Positions 1-15,249 of a stretch of 64,000 nucleotides of DNA are shown here, one piece after another. Under the pieces are notes generated by a model. The model did not search any database. It saw nothing but the letters and a program-made list of their open reading frames with translations, and was not told the origin of the DNA. Position numbers and translations under genes: made by a program. Within the stretch, counting starts at the first letter, position 1, and every line of letters begins with the position of its first letter. This DNA is from the human T2T-CHM13v2.0 reference genome, Homo sapiens: NCBI RefSeq assembly GCF_009914755.1, contig NC_060938.1; one strand, 5' to 3'.

Positions 1-92
1 ATTTTCTTTATCCATCCAACCATCCATGGACATTTGAGTTTTTCCCCCTTATTGGCTATCGTGAATAATGCTGCAATGAATATGGCTGTGAA
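1..92 (-). mobile_element. L1M 3' fragment
   Basis: TTGGCTATCGTGAATAATGCTGCAATGAA is typical of an old L1 3' end. Confidence 0.7.
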
Positions 93-1229
93 AGCTTAAT
101 TTATTTTTTTAAAAAGGACACCTCCAAATAGATGTGGAAGCTATGGTCAGAGAAAGCTCAGAACTTGTGTAAGTCCCTCCTGTGCCAGTGCAAGCCCGGG
201 CATGAGCTCAGGTCCTGCCTTCACCCTCCTCACAGCTGGGAGTTGGTCAAGGTCCTACCTCTTGGGATGGTTCACCCTGTAAGCTAGAGGAAGAGTGAGA
301 CAGGGAAGGTGCACAGAAAGGAGCCAAGTTGACATCAGCCTGGCACATGGTCCTCTTTGTCATCCATCAGCCTCTGCAGTATTTCCCACAGTCGGGTTCT
401 CCCAGCCCTGTCCCCACCAGCCCAGTGCCCTGGTCTGGCTTCTGGTGGCTGTGAGCAGCTGGGATCTGAGTTTAATGGAAGTAACCATCTTATTTTCTTA
501 TAAATTCACTGTTTCTTTTAGTCTTTTCAGGACTAGTTTAGGTCTCTCTTGGGTTAGCAGAACCCATCCATCTAGTCACTGGCTGTCCTGATAGAGCAGG
601 TCCCTTTCTAGGCTGGAGGCTGTGGGTGGGGCCCAGCATCACTCCTACTATCTAGCTTGGATGGTTTCCCACTGTGTTAGGTGGCAGCTTGTTCCTGGAC
701 AGGAAATTATTTAAGTTCAGCTTTTCCTCTGCTGATCTGGGAGGCACTCAGTTAACACACACATAACTGAAATCCTGGAGGGACTGGACTATTGATGGAC
801 ATGGACGTGTGACTTCGGGTCCTCAGGCACAGCGTGAGATACTTTCCATAGAAGAGGAAGAGTATGGGATGTGGGGTCTCCAAAATCATGGGGGAGATTT
901 CCTGTGGGGCTATTGGAAGGTGTGGAAGGTATTTCCTTCCTCACTGGACCATGGTTTTGGGGCCACCTGGTAGCCTCAGATGACCTTTTTTGAAGTCCTT
1001 TTCCGAGGCAGTGACTCTCAGAATTCTGAACACTTGCCAGAGTTCAGGCAGCTGGTGTCTGTGTCTAGGAAGAAGGTTGACACTATGGTCTCCCCTGTTT
1101 CCCATTCTACACCATCTGCTTTTCCTGGCTTGATCACCGATTGGGATGTTCTGTTCTAATTTATCCTGTCTTTTTCCCTTCCAAGCCCTGGAGGTAGGTA
1201 AAGGAAGGATGTTCACTGAGGCTTAGTGT

Positions 1230-1412
1230 GTAACATACAGTCACTAGCTGCATTTGGCTATTGAAATTTTAAACCAGTTTCAGTTAAATAGAATAAAAAA
1301 TTCAGTTCCTCAGTTGCACCCAGTTGCCACAGTGCTCAATAGTCACATGTGGCAATGGGCATTGCAGATGTAGAACATTTCACCATCGTGGAAAATTCTG
1401 TAGGACATTGCT
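1230..1412. mobile_element. MER3/MER33-like hAT-Charlie DNA transposon fragment
   Basis: AAAATTCAGTTCCTCAGTTGCAC...GTGCTCAATAGTCACATGTGGC...AGAACATTTCACCATC. Confidence 0.7.
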
Positions 1413-2129
1413 GCCCTGAGCCTCTGCTCCCTTTTCTCCTCTATTATTCTGACCTGGAGAATTGGAAGCTGCTACTCCATTAGGCTGTGGGGCCCGGAAC
1501 TCACTGCCTATTGAGAATTCAAAAGCAGAGAATGAGCAGGGTGGAAATGCCTTCAATATCCACTTAATATTCAGTCCAGGGCAGCGTTAGGCTCTGAAGT
1601 CTTCTGAGTGTGACATCTATAGTTTAAAAGCTGCCCCCCAAGCCCTTTGAGTTCTGGCCTGCAGCAGGGATTTCTGTTCTGCTTACCTGCTCATCACCAA
1701 ATCCATTTAAGGCACCTTCTCGGCTGTGAGCATGTGCCAGCCTAACCTGGTCTTCTGATCTCGGTTCCTTTCCTAAAACACCACATGACCTTGGATGTTT
1801 ATGCTGGTGCCACCCCTGCTGCAGTGCCTTGTGGTAGGCAGCTGTCTGTACACAGGCTCTCCTGGGAATTCTTTTTACTCTGTGAAAAGATTCTGGCCAC
1901 TGGGGTTGGCAGGAAGCAGGGACCTGTGTCTTTCTGGGGAGTTTGTAACAGGGATGAGGTTTTCCAGAACAAGATATCATAGCCTTGCTTTCTTCCCCAG
2001 ACCAGCCAGAGGTTGTCCTTTTAGTCTTTTGGGTCCACTCCCATGGCACCATTTATTTCCTATGTGACAGCCAACTTCAGGCCTCCCCAGGGAACCCATT
2101 TCACCTGCTTTGTCTAGGATATCAAGAAG

Positions 2130-2452
2130 GAGCTAAGAAGAGAGGCCAGAGAGAAACTTCCTCTCTTTCTACTGGGTTGCTAAGCTCAGAGACTATGAGT
2201 GTAGGGTTGCCAGAAGCCATCCTCCTTGCCTTACCAGGAGAGCCAGCCTGTGAAGTAGATCTCAGTAGAGTAGCAAAAGGGAGAGAAAAGGGAGCCCTGA
2301 AATATTATCAGGGCTCCTAGAACGAACTGTGTTGTAATACTTTGCAAATGAATAGACCTCTATGCCTAGACTTTGCAGTTATGAGACCATCAATGCCCTT
2401 TCTGTTTAAGTTAGTTTGAGTTGAGTCTCTGTCATTTGCTGCGAAAGTATTA
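2130..2452 (+). mobile_element. MLT1-type (ERVL-MaLR) LTR remnant
   Basis: 3'-end motif TTTAAGTTAGTTTGAGTTGAGTCTCTGTCATTTGC. Confidence 0.55.
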
Positions 2453-4818
2453 GGGTCACCAGGCCAGAAAATTTTTGGGGAGGATGCCTCTGTTTGAAGA
2501 CCAAGTTCAGGTTGTGGCCAGACTGAAATTACAAGTGACCCAGAGGCCAATCTTATTCACGGGTTTGCCTTCCTGAAACTCTTCTGCTCTGGATATTTCC
2601 TTCTCTTCAGCTCCCCAAATCCTCCCCATCAGTCAAGACCCTGGTTAGACTCCTCCCCGTCCAAAGCCTTCTCTGACCATCTCTGCCTGCACTGAACTCT
2701 CTACCTTTTGCCTTCTATTACCAATTATGATTATCAAGGAATTGTGAACTGTCTTATAGGATGTCTGCTTTCATTGTGTAGCATGGCACTTTAATAATTT
2801 TACTGTTTACAGTTTGCTACCTTCTCCCACCAGGTCAATGTCAGAGACAGGGTCTGATGCTTTTGTGTTCCTGGCAGGAGCCAGCATAATGTCTGGCATA
2901 TAACAGACCTCATTGAATGTTTGGGGATTAGAAAATTAGTGGAAACATGATTTTAAGGTAGAAAACAGCTGGGATCTCATCATGTGAGAGCTATTGCAAT
3001 GTGTATACAGCTCTTTTTAGTTGAGAGATAAGCACTCAACTTAAGCGCCCAGAATGACAGTGGGTTGCATTCCTCTATTAAGGCTATCTGGTCTCTTACC
3101 AGAGAACTCTTTCATATCAGGGAGTGGGGCTGGAGGAAGGGGAAGAGTAGGGACAGGGGGAGGGTAGGAGTGGCTCTGAATCAGCTCCTCTTTGGAGCTC
3201 CAGAATTGCCTCAGGAGCCACACTGGAGAAACTGGAATACTCATTCCACTGTCACTCTTCATTCTGGATCCAGTTTAAACAGCTGGAGATGACATTTCCA
3301 CCAGACGTGGGTCTGAATGGCATTCTGCTATTTCCCATACATCCTGCCCCAACATTAAGCAGTCCAGGATTTGCCAGCATTGAAGCCATTAAAAATAATT
3401 TAAATAACTTTTGAGTGACAAGAAGATCCTTGAGATAAGCCTATATCCTCGTTCTTTGAAAACAATACTATTTGAGTATATGGATTCTGGGTCATCATTA
3501 AAAAGGGAGAGAATCTCTCTCCTCCTTTCAAGTGTGATAATAGTCACACCTGAAAATGCGGCACCGTTAGGCCCTAAACTATTCTCTAATTGTTTTCTGG
3601 CTCTTCTCTTTTTGATTTGGTTATAAATTTCCCTCCTGGGGAAATATCATGTCTTATACTAAGTGTACATCTCCCAGCAACCAGGATGCTCAATAAGTGA
3701 GTATTGGATGAATGCATATTTACCTAGACAAACAAACAACAAAACCCCCTAACATTTATTAAGCACTTACTATATCCAAGGCACATACTAAGTACTTTAC
3801 TGCTATTATTTCATTCTTAGAGATGTATATGTGTGAAAATCACAAAGGGAAAAAATAATTATATTAGGGTGACTTCTAGGGCTTCTTTCAGCTATAAGAT
3901 GCCCTGACTTGATGTGGCATTAAGGAAACTAAGATATTGAGGTGGGGCTTGGGAACCTAACACTTATCAGCAGAACTATAAATAATATTATTAGCGACCT
4001 CTTTCTGTGAGCTAGGAACTATGCCAAGTATCTTAAAAATATTTTCTCATTTATTCCCAAACAGCAACACTATATGATAGGCACTACTGCTAACCCCATT
4101 TTTAGAAGGGGAGAGTGAGGCACGAGGAGATTAAGTGGCTAGTCTAAGAAGCAGTGCTAGCACCCAGGGCTATGGTGTCTTAACCACCATGCTCCTGAAG
4201 AGACACCAAAGCCCTCCATACCTGAGAAGGTGTATTTCCACTGGGCCACAGGGATGCAGGGGAGGGGGAGGAGGGAACGTTGCCATAGAAACAGCAGGAT
4301 CCTCTCTCAGGAGGGTTGGCACATAGGGCAGCTGGGGCTGAGGAAGGCTCTGGAGATAATTCCGGGGCATCCAGCCTCTTTAGATCTGCAAGAGTCTGTG
4401 AGCCCAGTAGGAAGCCAACTCCCCACTCCACTCAGCAGCACTTGGTAAACCTCAGCTTTGCTCCCCAGAAGGGTAGGACAGGATGTTCTTTGAGTTATAG
4501 CAGCAGGACTATTAGGCAGCAGAGCTGTGATTAGGGCATAAAAGTCTGTGGTTGCCAGGCACAAACCGTGCTTCACCTTTTATAGCCAGCTAGCTTGAGA
4601 TGTCAAAAGTATTTAGAGACTTTTGCTTTTTTTCTCTACTCATCAACTTTATGACCCTAAACGCATTCTTCCTTCTCTTTCTGTCACACATTTACCAGTC
4701 CCTGAACCGAGTTTGTAACTCACTTGTGAGTCTAGAAGGCTTTCTGAAGAGCTTTAAGTTATTTCAAATCAGATTGGTTGGGCAGAGTAGAGAGTGGGGG
4801 CATTTCTTTCTTTCCTTC

Positions 4819-5113
4819 TTTTTTTTTTTTTTTTTTTTTTTTTGAGACAGAGTCTTGCTCTGTCGCCCAGGCTGGAGTGCAGTGGCGCGATCTCGGCTCA
4901 CTGCAAACTTCGCCTCCCTGGTTCAAGCAATTCTCTGCCTCAGCCTCCCGGGATTCCAGGCACCCGGCACCACACCCAGGTAATTTTTGTATTTTTAGTA
5001 GAGACAGGGTTTCACCTTCTTGGCCAGGCTGGTCTCGAACTCCTGACCTTGTGATCCACCCACCTCAGCCTCCAAAGTGCTGAGATTACAGGTGTGAGCC
5101 ATTATGCCAGGTA
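4819..5113 (-). mobile_element. Alu (S-type)
   Basis: Poly-T followed by GAGACAGAGTCTTGCTCTGTCGCCCAGGCTGG; TSD GGGGCATTTCTTT. Confidence 0.95.
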
Positions 5114-5214
5114 GGGGCATTTCTTTTTTGGGTTTATTTTGCTTCAGTTACTCCCAGCTTCTCTGCTCTGGCCTAGTGGCTGGCTCCTTGGGAGCTGGGG
5201 TGGGGTATTTTGGT

Positions 5215-5430
5215 GGTAGAATGGTGGCTAAGAGCATAGGTTTAGGCTGCAGAGGGTCCTGGGTCATGTCCTGACTCTACCATTAAGGACCACATGACTT
5301 GGGACCTGTGACTTAACCTCTCTGAGTCTCAATGTTCTCATCTGTAAAATGAGAGAGAATGATCACCTGCCTCAAATGATTGTTTTGAAGATGGGGTGAG
5401 AATACTTATGAAGCCCTTAGCCCTGTTCCT
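5215..5430. mobile_element. MIR
   Basis: Core TGACTTAACCTCTCTGAGTCTCAATGTTCTCATCTGTAAAATGAG. Confidence 0.8.
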
Positions 5431-7444
5431 GTCACCATTCTATCCCCTAATTTTCTCAGCAGACCTAAGACAGCCACAGGCCTGGGATGAGGGTATCTGA
5501 AGGAGGGTTTATGAAGCCAGGTTTTTCTCCCTAGATAAACTTGGAGGTCAAGGATAAAGACAGCTTGTTGTAGCAGAAAGATCCAGTTTGAGGTTTCTTA
5601 AGCTGGTAGAATCCAAGACTCGCAGGATTAGAAGAGATCCTGGAAATCCTGTAAGACTGAGAAGATGGCAGCTTTGTTGCAGGAAGGTGGAAAAGATAGT
5701 GAACCAGGATGACCTCCACAAAGTACCACTCATGAAGGCAATTGAGGTTTTGATGGGAGTGCCTGGAGGCCAAGAGTAGGATGGGGCCATGTGGGGTCTT
5801 TGAGCTCAGTCACTGTTCGAGTGAAAGCACAAAGTTACTTTATCCTCCCTTGGACCAATTCCTCATTTTTCCAGGAGGAGTTGCTGGTGACTTAGGAAAC
5901 CTGATGGAATAGGTCCCAGTTGCCCTAATCGGGTTATAACCAACCCATGTTTCCCGTATGGCCTGGCACAGAAACCAAAAGAAGGTTGTGCAGATCTGGG
6001 GGTCACAGCTGTCCTGTCCTCTTTGAACAAACTAGAGAAGGCTAAGAGGAAAACATCAACAACCAAAATTACAGTCAGGAAGAAGTGCCTCCATCTGCAA
6101 GTAACTGGGCAATTACCTGCTAATTAAGCTCTCAGTTTGTTTTCTGAGGCTTAAAGTGTAGTACTTGGTAGATGTGCCCTGCCCTGCTTGTCACCAAGGT
6201 GTTGAAGATGAAGCATTTCACATGAATCAAGATGGAACTCTTCCATCTGATTAAATATAATAGCTTGATTTATTTCAACATCATGAGGTCTTAAAAGCAA
6301 TGCCCTTTTATAGTTGGAGCACTGGGAGGGATTGCAGGGTTTTGAGTCCTCTGTATCTGCGGGTGGCGGTGGGGGAAGAGAACGCACCAAGAAGGGAATA
6401 GACACGCAGAATACACACCAGTGTTTGTCAAAGTATGGACTGTGGATTTATCTCTTTTGCATCTGAATCACCTGCCCATTATGAATACAGATTCCTGGGT
6501 CCACATCGGTCCCAAGTCAGACATTTTCCACATGATTCTTCAGAACATCCAGGTCTGAAAATCTCAGGTAGGGGTGGAAAGTCTTCTGGGGATATTAACA
6601 TTGATCTATGAAGTCCACAGACCAATCAAAACACCATTTCAGCCAATAGTGTCTACACATACCCCAGGAAATCTTTTGCTTTAGCATTAAACAGATGATG
6701 GTTCCATGTTTATACCTCATCTCCCTATAGGTGGAGATGCAAATAGAAAAGCAGCCCAGCATCCCGAAGCCAGCGAAGAAACAGCACGCCTGTGTAAAAA
6801 TTAACCCCCAGATCATCAAAGGCAGGCGTCTGCGTGCCAACTCCCTAGTCTCAGGTGTTGTAAATGCTGACTACTGCCAGTTTATCTACTGATAACGAAG
6901 GTGAACATAAGCAATCTCCAGAAATCGTTCACATGGGGCTCCCAGGTTCTTGAAAAACCACAAGAGATTGACAAATGCTTCTATTGTAGACACAAATGCA
7001 AACAAACAGCTCATTTCCTCAAGAGCTCCCCACTGCAGTGGCTGTAAACAGTATAGGGAAGGAGGGGAGAAGTCTTCTTTTCCCTTCCCCCACAGCTTCT
7101 TCCCCTTTCTGATGTCAGATTTTTCTGACACTAAGAAGTCCAGACTAGGGGAAAGAAGCTATTAATACAGAACTTCAGGAAGGGGATCCCCTTCCCCCAG
7201 AGGCCGCAGTTCTTTCAAAGTTTGTTACAAACCCTCCTTTTTTCTAGTTTCAGAGAGTCTGGGGCCCTAAAGCTTTGAATCCCTGAGTCTTCTGAGACAT
7301 TGTGTTACAGTGCTTCTCAAACTTCATTCAGTGTGCTCTGGTGAAACACAGAGCTGGGTCCTGCCCACCAAAGATTCCAGCAGATTGTAATAGATTGTGA
7401 TTATAGGCAGCCCCCAATACTCAGGAACAGCGGGTAGTAGCTCA

Positions 7445-9415
<1,971 letters not shown>

Positions 9416-10309
9416 ATGTGGCTCACATTTTTGAGAAATGTTGCTAAAATGCAACTTGGAACTCTGGAAGCTTTGAGATCTCAGAGCTTGGTGGGGCTTT
9501 TCAGGTCACTTTTGAGGGGGATTTTCTCCATGTTTGAGGTTTCATTCCTCCATCCCAGCCAGGCATGGCTCCTCTGAGCCAGGAGCACAGAGCCCCAGGG
9601 AACCTTTACTAGGCTTACGTTCCCTCCCTCTCCTGAGGTCTGCCACAATAGAGCAGCTGAAATGACAGTCTGGAAATGTCCTTTATTGTGAAAACTCAAT
9701 GGCTTTTGTCTCTGGGATTTGAAATTTTCATGCAAGTATTGGCAGCCAAGAATTAGGAAGGAGGAGGGGAAGAGATGGGGGAGTAAACCCTGCCACTAAT
9801 TTCCATAGTGAATCATCTCAATTCTCTGTTGTCTTGGTTTTCTCATCCAAACAGTTGGGAAAATACCTCCATCTCCTCATCTCAGCTGGGGTACTGTGAA
9901 AGTGAGTTCACCTGTATTTGTTAGAACACCTTGAGATCTTGGATTAAAGGCATTGCTGAGACACAAGGTATTATAATAATAATAAATGATTTAATAGCAG
10001 GGTGAGGCCATTGCAACAAGAACTGGTAGGAAGAGGCTCCGAGCTGTGGAGGGGCTGCAGCCTGGAGCCCCTGGCCCTTGACACAGGGTTTTATTATCGG
10101 AGGAGAGACTGTGCGATTTCTCACAAACTCTTTAGATTGTTTCAGTTGAATTCAGCATTGTTTTACTGAGTGCTTCCTATATGACTTCTACCACAGGGAG
10201 ATTACAATCTTTTTAGGAAGTAGGTGATATAAATTAAAACAATTATTAATAGAAACAATATATTATAATCAAGTGAATTGGGCATAACAAGTGTCAGAAA
10301 GAAACTGGA

Positions 10310-10670
10310 AGCAGTGATGGTGAAGGGCAGAATTCCCTGTTATGACTTCCAGGTCTACCACCCACTAGCTGTGTGACTTTGCCTCAGTTTCCTTTTCTGT
10401 TACTGCAATTGTTTTTGTAAAGTACTTAGAAGAATGGCTAATACATAGTAAGCACACTCATAGTAAGCACACACCCATCTAGGCACTTGCCCGACACTGC
10501 TTTTGCTGGTTGTGTAATCTTTGCCAAGTTGCTCCTTGCCCCTAAGCCTCAGTGTTCTGTCTGCAAGATGGGGATTAGGATATCTCCTACCTCGCAAGGT
10601 GGCTGTGAGGATCCAGGGACACAGTTTGTTAAGAGTGTAGCACAGGCCCTCTGCATGGTAAGCATTCACT
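10310..10670. mobile_element. MIR fragments (two)
   Basis: GCTGTGTGACTTTGCCTCAGTTTCC and CCTCAGTGTTCTGTCTGCAAGATGGGG cores. Confidence 0.7.
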
Positions 10671-12235
10671 AAAGGACAGTTATGACTGCCACTAACACTG
10701 TAACGTGTCCTGGCTAAGGAGTGAAGGGTCGCTCACAAGTGGCTAAGTCAGGGGGCTTCTTTGGAAGCTGGAATTTGAAGCGGACCGGAAGGCATTCGTA
10801 AGATTCAGGTGATCAGATAAGAAAGCATAAACAAAAAAAGGTGAAAGCCTGAGGTTGGAAGGGGTGACCACAAGTCCTGGAAGGCCAGAAGGGGGACTTG
10901 TCACTTCTCCCCTGGCCGGCGGGGTCTAGCGGAGCCCCAACTAAGTTGATCTATTTCCGAGCCCCTCTTCTGCAATCTCTGCTCTCACCTTCACGGTCCG
11001 CGAGTCTGGGGCTCTGCAAGCCTCCAACACACCCTCCCTCCCTAAGGAATGTGGGCCCCGCTTTCTGGGCCTGCCAGACCGAGCGCCTACCGCTTCCTCC
11101 GCAGGCAGGAGCCGGGACGCTGCCTTCACCCCACCCTCCGCCAGGATCCAGTTTCAAAGTCACCTGAAAGCCATTTCCTTCCGCGCCTGCCCCGCCTCTC
11201 CCCTCCCAGTAGATCACCTGGAGCTTGCATTTGCCCAGAGCAGCATTTTGGGGCGGGCGCTTGTTTTGTTTTAAATGATACCTCTAGAAATCGTTTGCTG
11301 TACACCTGGATAACAAATATACCCCGTGGTTCTAATATCAGCGTCCTATTCCTCCTCCCAAGGAACTAGTGATAGCGCCTAACCAGTGGGCGTTGTTCCT
11401 CTTCCGGAGCCCCACTCTGGGCTTCCCTCCTCCGGGCTTGTTGTTCTTCAGGATCTTTACTGATGAATTATTATGGGTTTTTGGATTTATGCTCTTGCTC
11501 AAAATGTATTGAATGTCTCTGTCCCCCATCCTCACCCCTTGCCCCCCAGTTTCCAGGTGTGTACCTTTCCATGCATACACGGTCATATACAGAGACATAA
11601 AGACAAACGGTTCTCTTTGTTTTATAAAAACGGGTCCTCTATCATCCAGGTTTCTGTGTTTTATTTTTCCTATTTAACAGTTCCTTGTGGAGTTGCCTTC
11701 ACGTTGTCTCCTTTATCTCTTTCCCGTCAGCTTCTCAGAGGTCTGCATTTACCACTGTAAAGCGTCACAGGGACCGAGTTATGGTGAGGAATTCAAGACA
11801 TGCCTTTCTGACTTGGAAAAGCGGACACGGCCGGCTCTGGTAGGATTAGGATCCCCAGATCGATCCCGGCTGGTCACTCACTTGGGAAAGCCCTCAGCCC
11901 CCTTCGCAGGGCCCGGTGTTCCCTGTCCATACAAGGGGTACGTTCTGGCAGTCCATGCTGTCTCGGGAGGCGGTGATAGCAGGTCTGTGACACCAGGGTG
12001 ACCCCACCACGTGCGTCTTGGTATCCTAGAGCATCTAGGCTGCCCGGGGGTGCGCGCTCATCACCCTGCGGGCGTTAATCGTTAACCGCGCCCAGGCCTC
12101 GCCGCCGCCGCAGCCTTACCCCGGCTCTGGCTCGCCGCGCCGCGAAGGTTGCCCCGGCCCCCGCAGAGCCGCCAATTGCTGGACTGCAGCCGCGAGCTGG
12201 AGTCTCCACCCACAGGAAAAATTCCTGGCCCGCCC

Positions 12236-12290
12236 CTCCCTCGCTCCCTCGCTCCCTCGCTCCCTCGCTCCCTCGCTCCCTCGCTCCCTC
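12236..12290 (+). repeat. (CTCCCTCG)~7 octamer tandem repeat at the TSS
   Basis: Six perfect units plus one partial unit read directly. Confidence 0.95.
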
Positions 12291-12547
12291 CTGCCCTCCC
12301 GCTGCAGCTCCGGCTCCGCTCGACTTCCTGCCGGGCGCTGGCAAGCCGCGCGCTGCCTGGGGTCTCCGGGGGCCGCGCTTGCAGCTGGCCGAGTCCGGGC
12401 CAGCTGAGGGGCTGGCGGTGGGCGGGAGCGGTCGGCGGCCTCAGCCCCTTCAGAGAGCGACTTTCAAACTCGCGCCCGCGTCGCGGCAGCACCTGGGCAG
12501 CCCCGCACGCCGTGCGCGTCCCGAGCCCGCGGGGCAGCTACCGCTCG
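12270..12547 (+). other. PLEKHG3: PLEKHG3 non-coding exon 1 (start approximate)
   Basis: Lies in the CpG island, has no ATG, and ends at donor TCG|GTGAGT (GT at 12548). The TSS cannot be fixed from sequence. Confidence 0.75.
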
Positions 12548-15249
12548 GTGAGTGTCCCCTGATTCTCCTCTCTCCCCTCTTATCTCCCTGCATTAGGCTG
12601 AGCGGCGGTGCCGGCAGTCACGCTGGGGCCCCAGTCCCTTCGCGGCCCCCGTGCCAGCCCCCTGCGGGGGGAGGACCGGGGCGACCGAGGAGGGCCTGGA
12701 ACTGTGTTGGCTGCTTCCCGGGCCACCCTGCCGCAGAGTGCGCGAGCGCAGGAGGGTCGTATGGGGAGACTTTTTCTGTCTTTTTTTCCCTCCACTCCGG
12801 AAACAAAAGGGGCAAATGCGCCGGGCGGCTCCAGAGAGGCTCAGTTTGAAATCCAGGAAGCCCGCGAGGCCGCGCGCGCCCGAGGGCTGGTGTTTGGCTG
12901 GAGCTGTGGGCCTGGCGGGTGGACCCTTCTGCGCGAGGACCCGAGCCTCGGCTCCTGCCAGCCCCGGAGGCGCCTGCAGCCTGTTCCGGGTTGGCGCCGC
13001 ACGGTGCTCGCTGTTGGGAATCTCGGCTACCTGTCCGGCAGGGAGGAGAGTGGGGGCCAGAAGCGGGGAGCGGAAAGCCCGGCCACCAGCTGCCTCGACC
13101 TCGTCCACTCCTGAAGTCGGTTTGGTTCTTCGCACCCCTACACCCAGCCCTTTGGTTTGGAAAGCCAGTATAAGGCGTGCAAGCTTAAATTTTTAAGGCG
13201 TTAAATAGCTACTTTGACTCTTCGGGGCGCCTTTGGAACACAAAAGGAAGAACGGAGGGGAGAATGGAATGGTTGGAGGCTGGAGAGGTGTGGCTTTTGG
13301 GGAGGGTGTTGTTAGAGGCCGCGAAAGAGTTTGATCCTCGAGGTCACTCGCTAATCTGTTGGCATATGTAGGTGCCTGTCCCCTGCTCTGGGGGCCCCAG
13401 CAGGAGACCCACACTGCGTTCACCTTACGGGGAACCCTGGAGTGGGGGTTCCCAGAGTCTCCCCAGCCGTGCCTCTGCACGCAGCCCAGTCACATGGCCC
13501 TTGCTCAAGAAATAATAAGCAGGGAGGGCAATGACAGTCCGGAGCGGGGGAGGGCCTCCCCGTTGAGCACATCGGCCACCTCGCCTTCAGCAGTGTGGTT
13601 TTCCGGGCCATCCTTTGTTGGACAAGGATGGGATCCTGAGTGATTAAACCCCAGCTGTTCCCCAGGAGGAAACTAGGGAGTGAGAACCAAAAGTGTACAT
13701 TTATCTCTCTGTTATACATCTCTCCCCTGTGGTTCCGGGCTGGCCCCCTGGATGCAATGGCCTCACTTCTCCTTTCGACACCTGCTGTCCTCCACTCCCT
13801 TCCTGGAAGATAGGACAACCCATTAGCTCCCTGGGTAACTTGCCCTGGGGATGGGGCAGGAAGTTGGGGGAAGAGGTACCCAGAGGCCAAGTCCTAGCTG
13901 CTGAGGGAGTGATTTGTTGAAGAGCTGCTTTGGGGGCTTTTCTACTGCCTTTTATTAGAAGTGGCATGGCAGGGGAAGTGGAAAGAGCACTGGCCTGATA
14001 GTCCAGCACGGGTTTATGCCTGAGTTTTAGACCTGGCTCTTCTGCATAGCATGGAAGATTGGTAGAGTTGAAGAGTGCGAGTCACTTGGGCTGGGGGGCC
14101 CCTTGGATTAGCCTACTTCATTTACTCGTGAAGGCAGCAGAGCCCAGAGGGGTGAGGTGATTTCAGCCTTAGACCCTATTGGCCAAGTAGAAACCAGAGG
14201 TCAGATGTCCTCATTGTCTGATCTGTGTTTTCTCCAACATGATCTGGCCAATTCACTTATCTTTTCTGACTCAGTTTCCACATAAATAAAGTGGGATTAC
14301 TTGCCTGCTCTTCCTCATAGGAGCTGTGGTGAGGATCAAAGGAAGCCTCATTTGTGGAAAGTGCTCCATAAACTCCTGTTAAAACTAAAGGGCTCACAGT
14401 GGCTCGGGAGGGAGTCTCCCAAGGGTTTTACAATTTGCTGGCTATGTCCCACGTGTGTGCCACAAGGAGACGTTAGATACCAGGAGCCATTGTTGGATGT
14501 TTAAAACACCCTGGTCTTAATATCTCAGCCCCAGAGTAAACATTTGCCTTACCAAATCCGCAGCTATCCCACGGTCACTGTTTACGCTGGAAGAGGCCAA
14601 AGGCCACGGCCTGCGGGATGACCAGGGCTGGAGGGGGAAGGCTCCTCTGTTGCAGAGGTATGCCTTGCCCGTTCTCTTCTCCCAGCTCCCAGAACCTTGT
14701 GAAGGCTCCAGCTGTAAGCCAGGGGTGCTGCCACAAGCCCAGGCCGCCCTGGCCTTGGAGGGTTAAAAGTGAAGCCCTCTGGCTATTCTCTGTTGTGTTG
14801 GGGGTTGCAGGGACTCTGGGAGGGTGTTGCTTTTGCAGCTGCACTGAGGGCTGTCTTCAGCTCCTCATCTGTGCCCCCTCCCCCATCTCAGGCCGCCCCT
14901 CTGGCCCAGGCCACTGCTCTGTCCCGCCTCTCTGGCCAGCTGCAAGTCCACAGGCCTTTGTTCCGTGGCTGCAAACCCGCCCTACTCCATCCTCCCTCCT
15001 CAGCAGAAGCCCTCCAGCGGGGGCCCTGGCAGCTGGAAATCACAACTGCCAGGAGGAAGGGGCTACTGGAGCCCCCAGCGGACCTGGCAGATCCTCATTT
15101 CCTCTTGTCAAGCTCATCTGGGCCCCACAACTCACCTCTGGCCAGATTCCCACACCGTCTTTTCTCATCTCTCCTTTCTTCTGCTGAATGGACGGATCAC
15201 CTTTTCCTCCCAGTACTCATGCCCCTTAGTTCTATTTTAAAGTACTCTA

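Larger units (their letters stand above)
11820..13140. promoter_or_regulatory. PLEKHG3: CpG island / PLEKHG3 promoter
   Basis: Dense CpG and very high GC. E-box CACGTG 12008-13, HNF1-like GTTAATCGTTAAC 12074-86, CCAAT 12172-76, GC box CCCGCCC 12229-35; no TATA box. Boundaries are approximate. Confidence 0.9.

Noticed and set aside
4778-5083. ORFs over Alu elements (also 7442-7973, 19221, 30101, 40907, 52505, 59009)
   Set aside because: Standard Alu-derived pseudo-translations, not genes.
10444-10472. Short direct duplications (CATAGTAAGCACAC x2; also ATCTTAGTTGAG x2 near 29772)
   Set aside because: Ordinary slippage duplications in non-coding DNA with no further structure.
12075-13196. Many overlapping long ORFs in the CpG island
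   Set aside because: Stop-codon scarcity in GC-rich DNA; mostly non-ATG starts.
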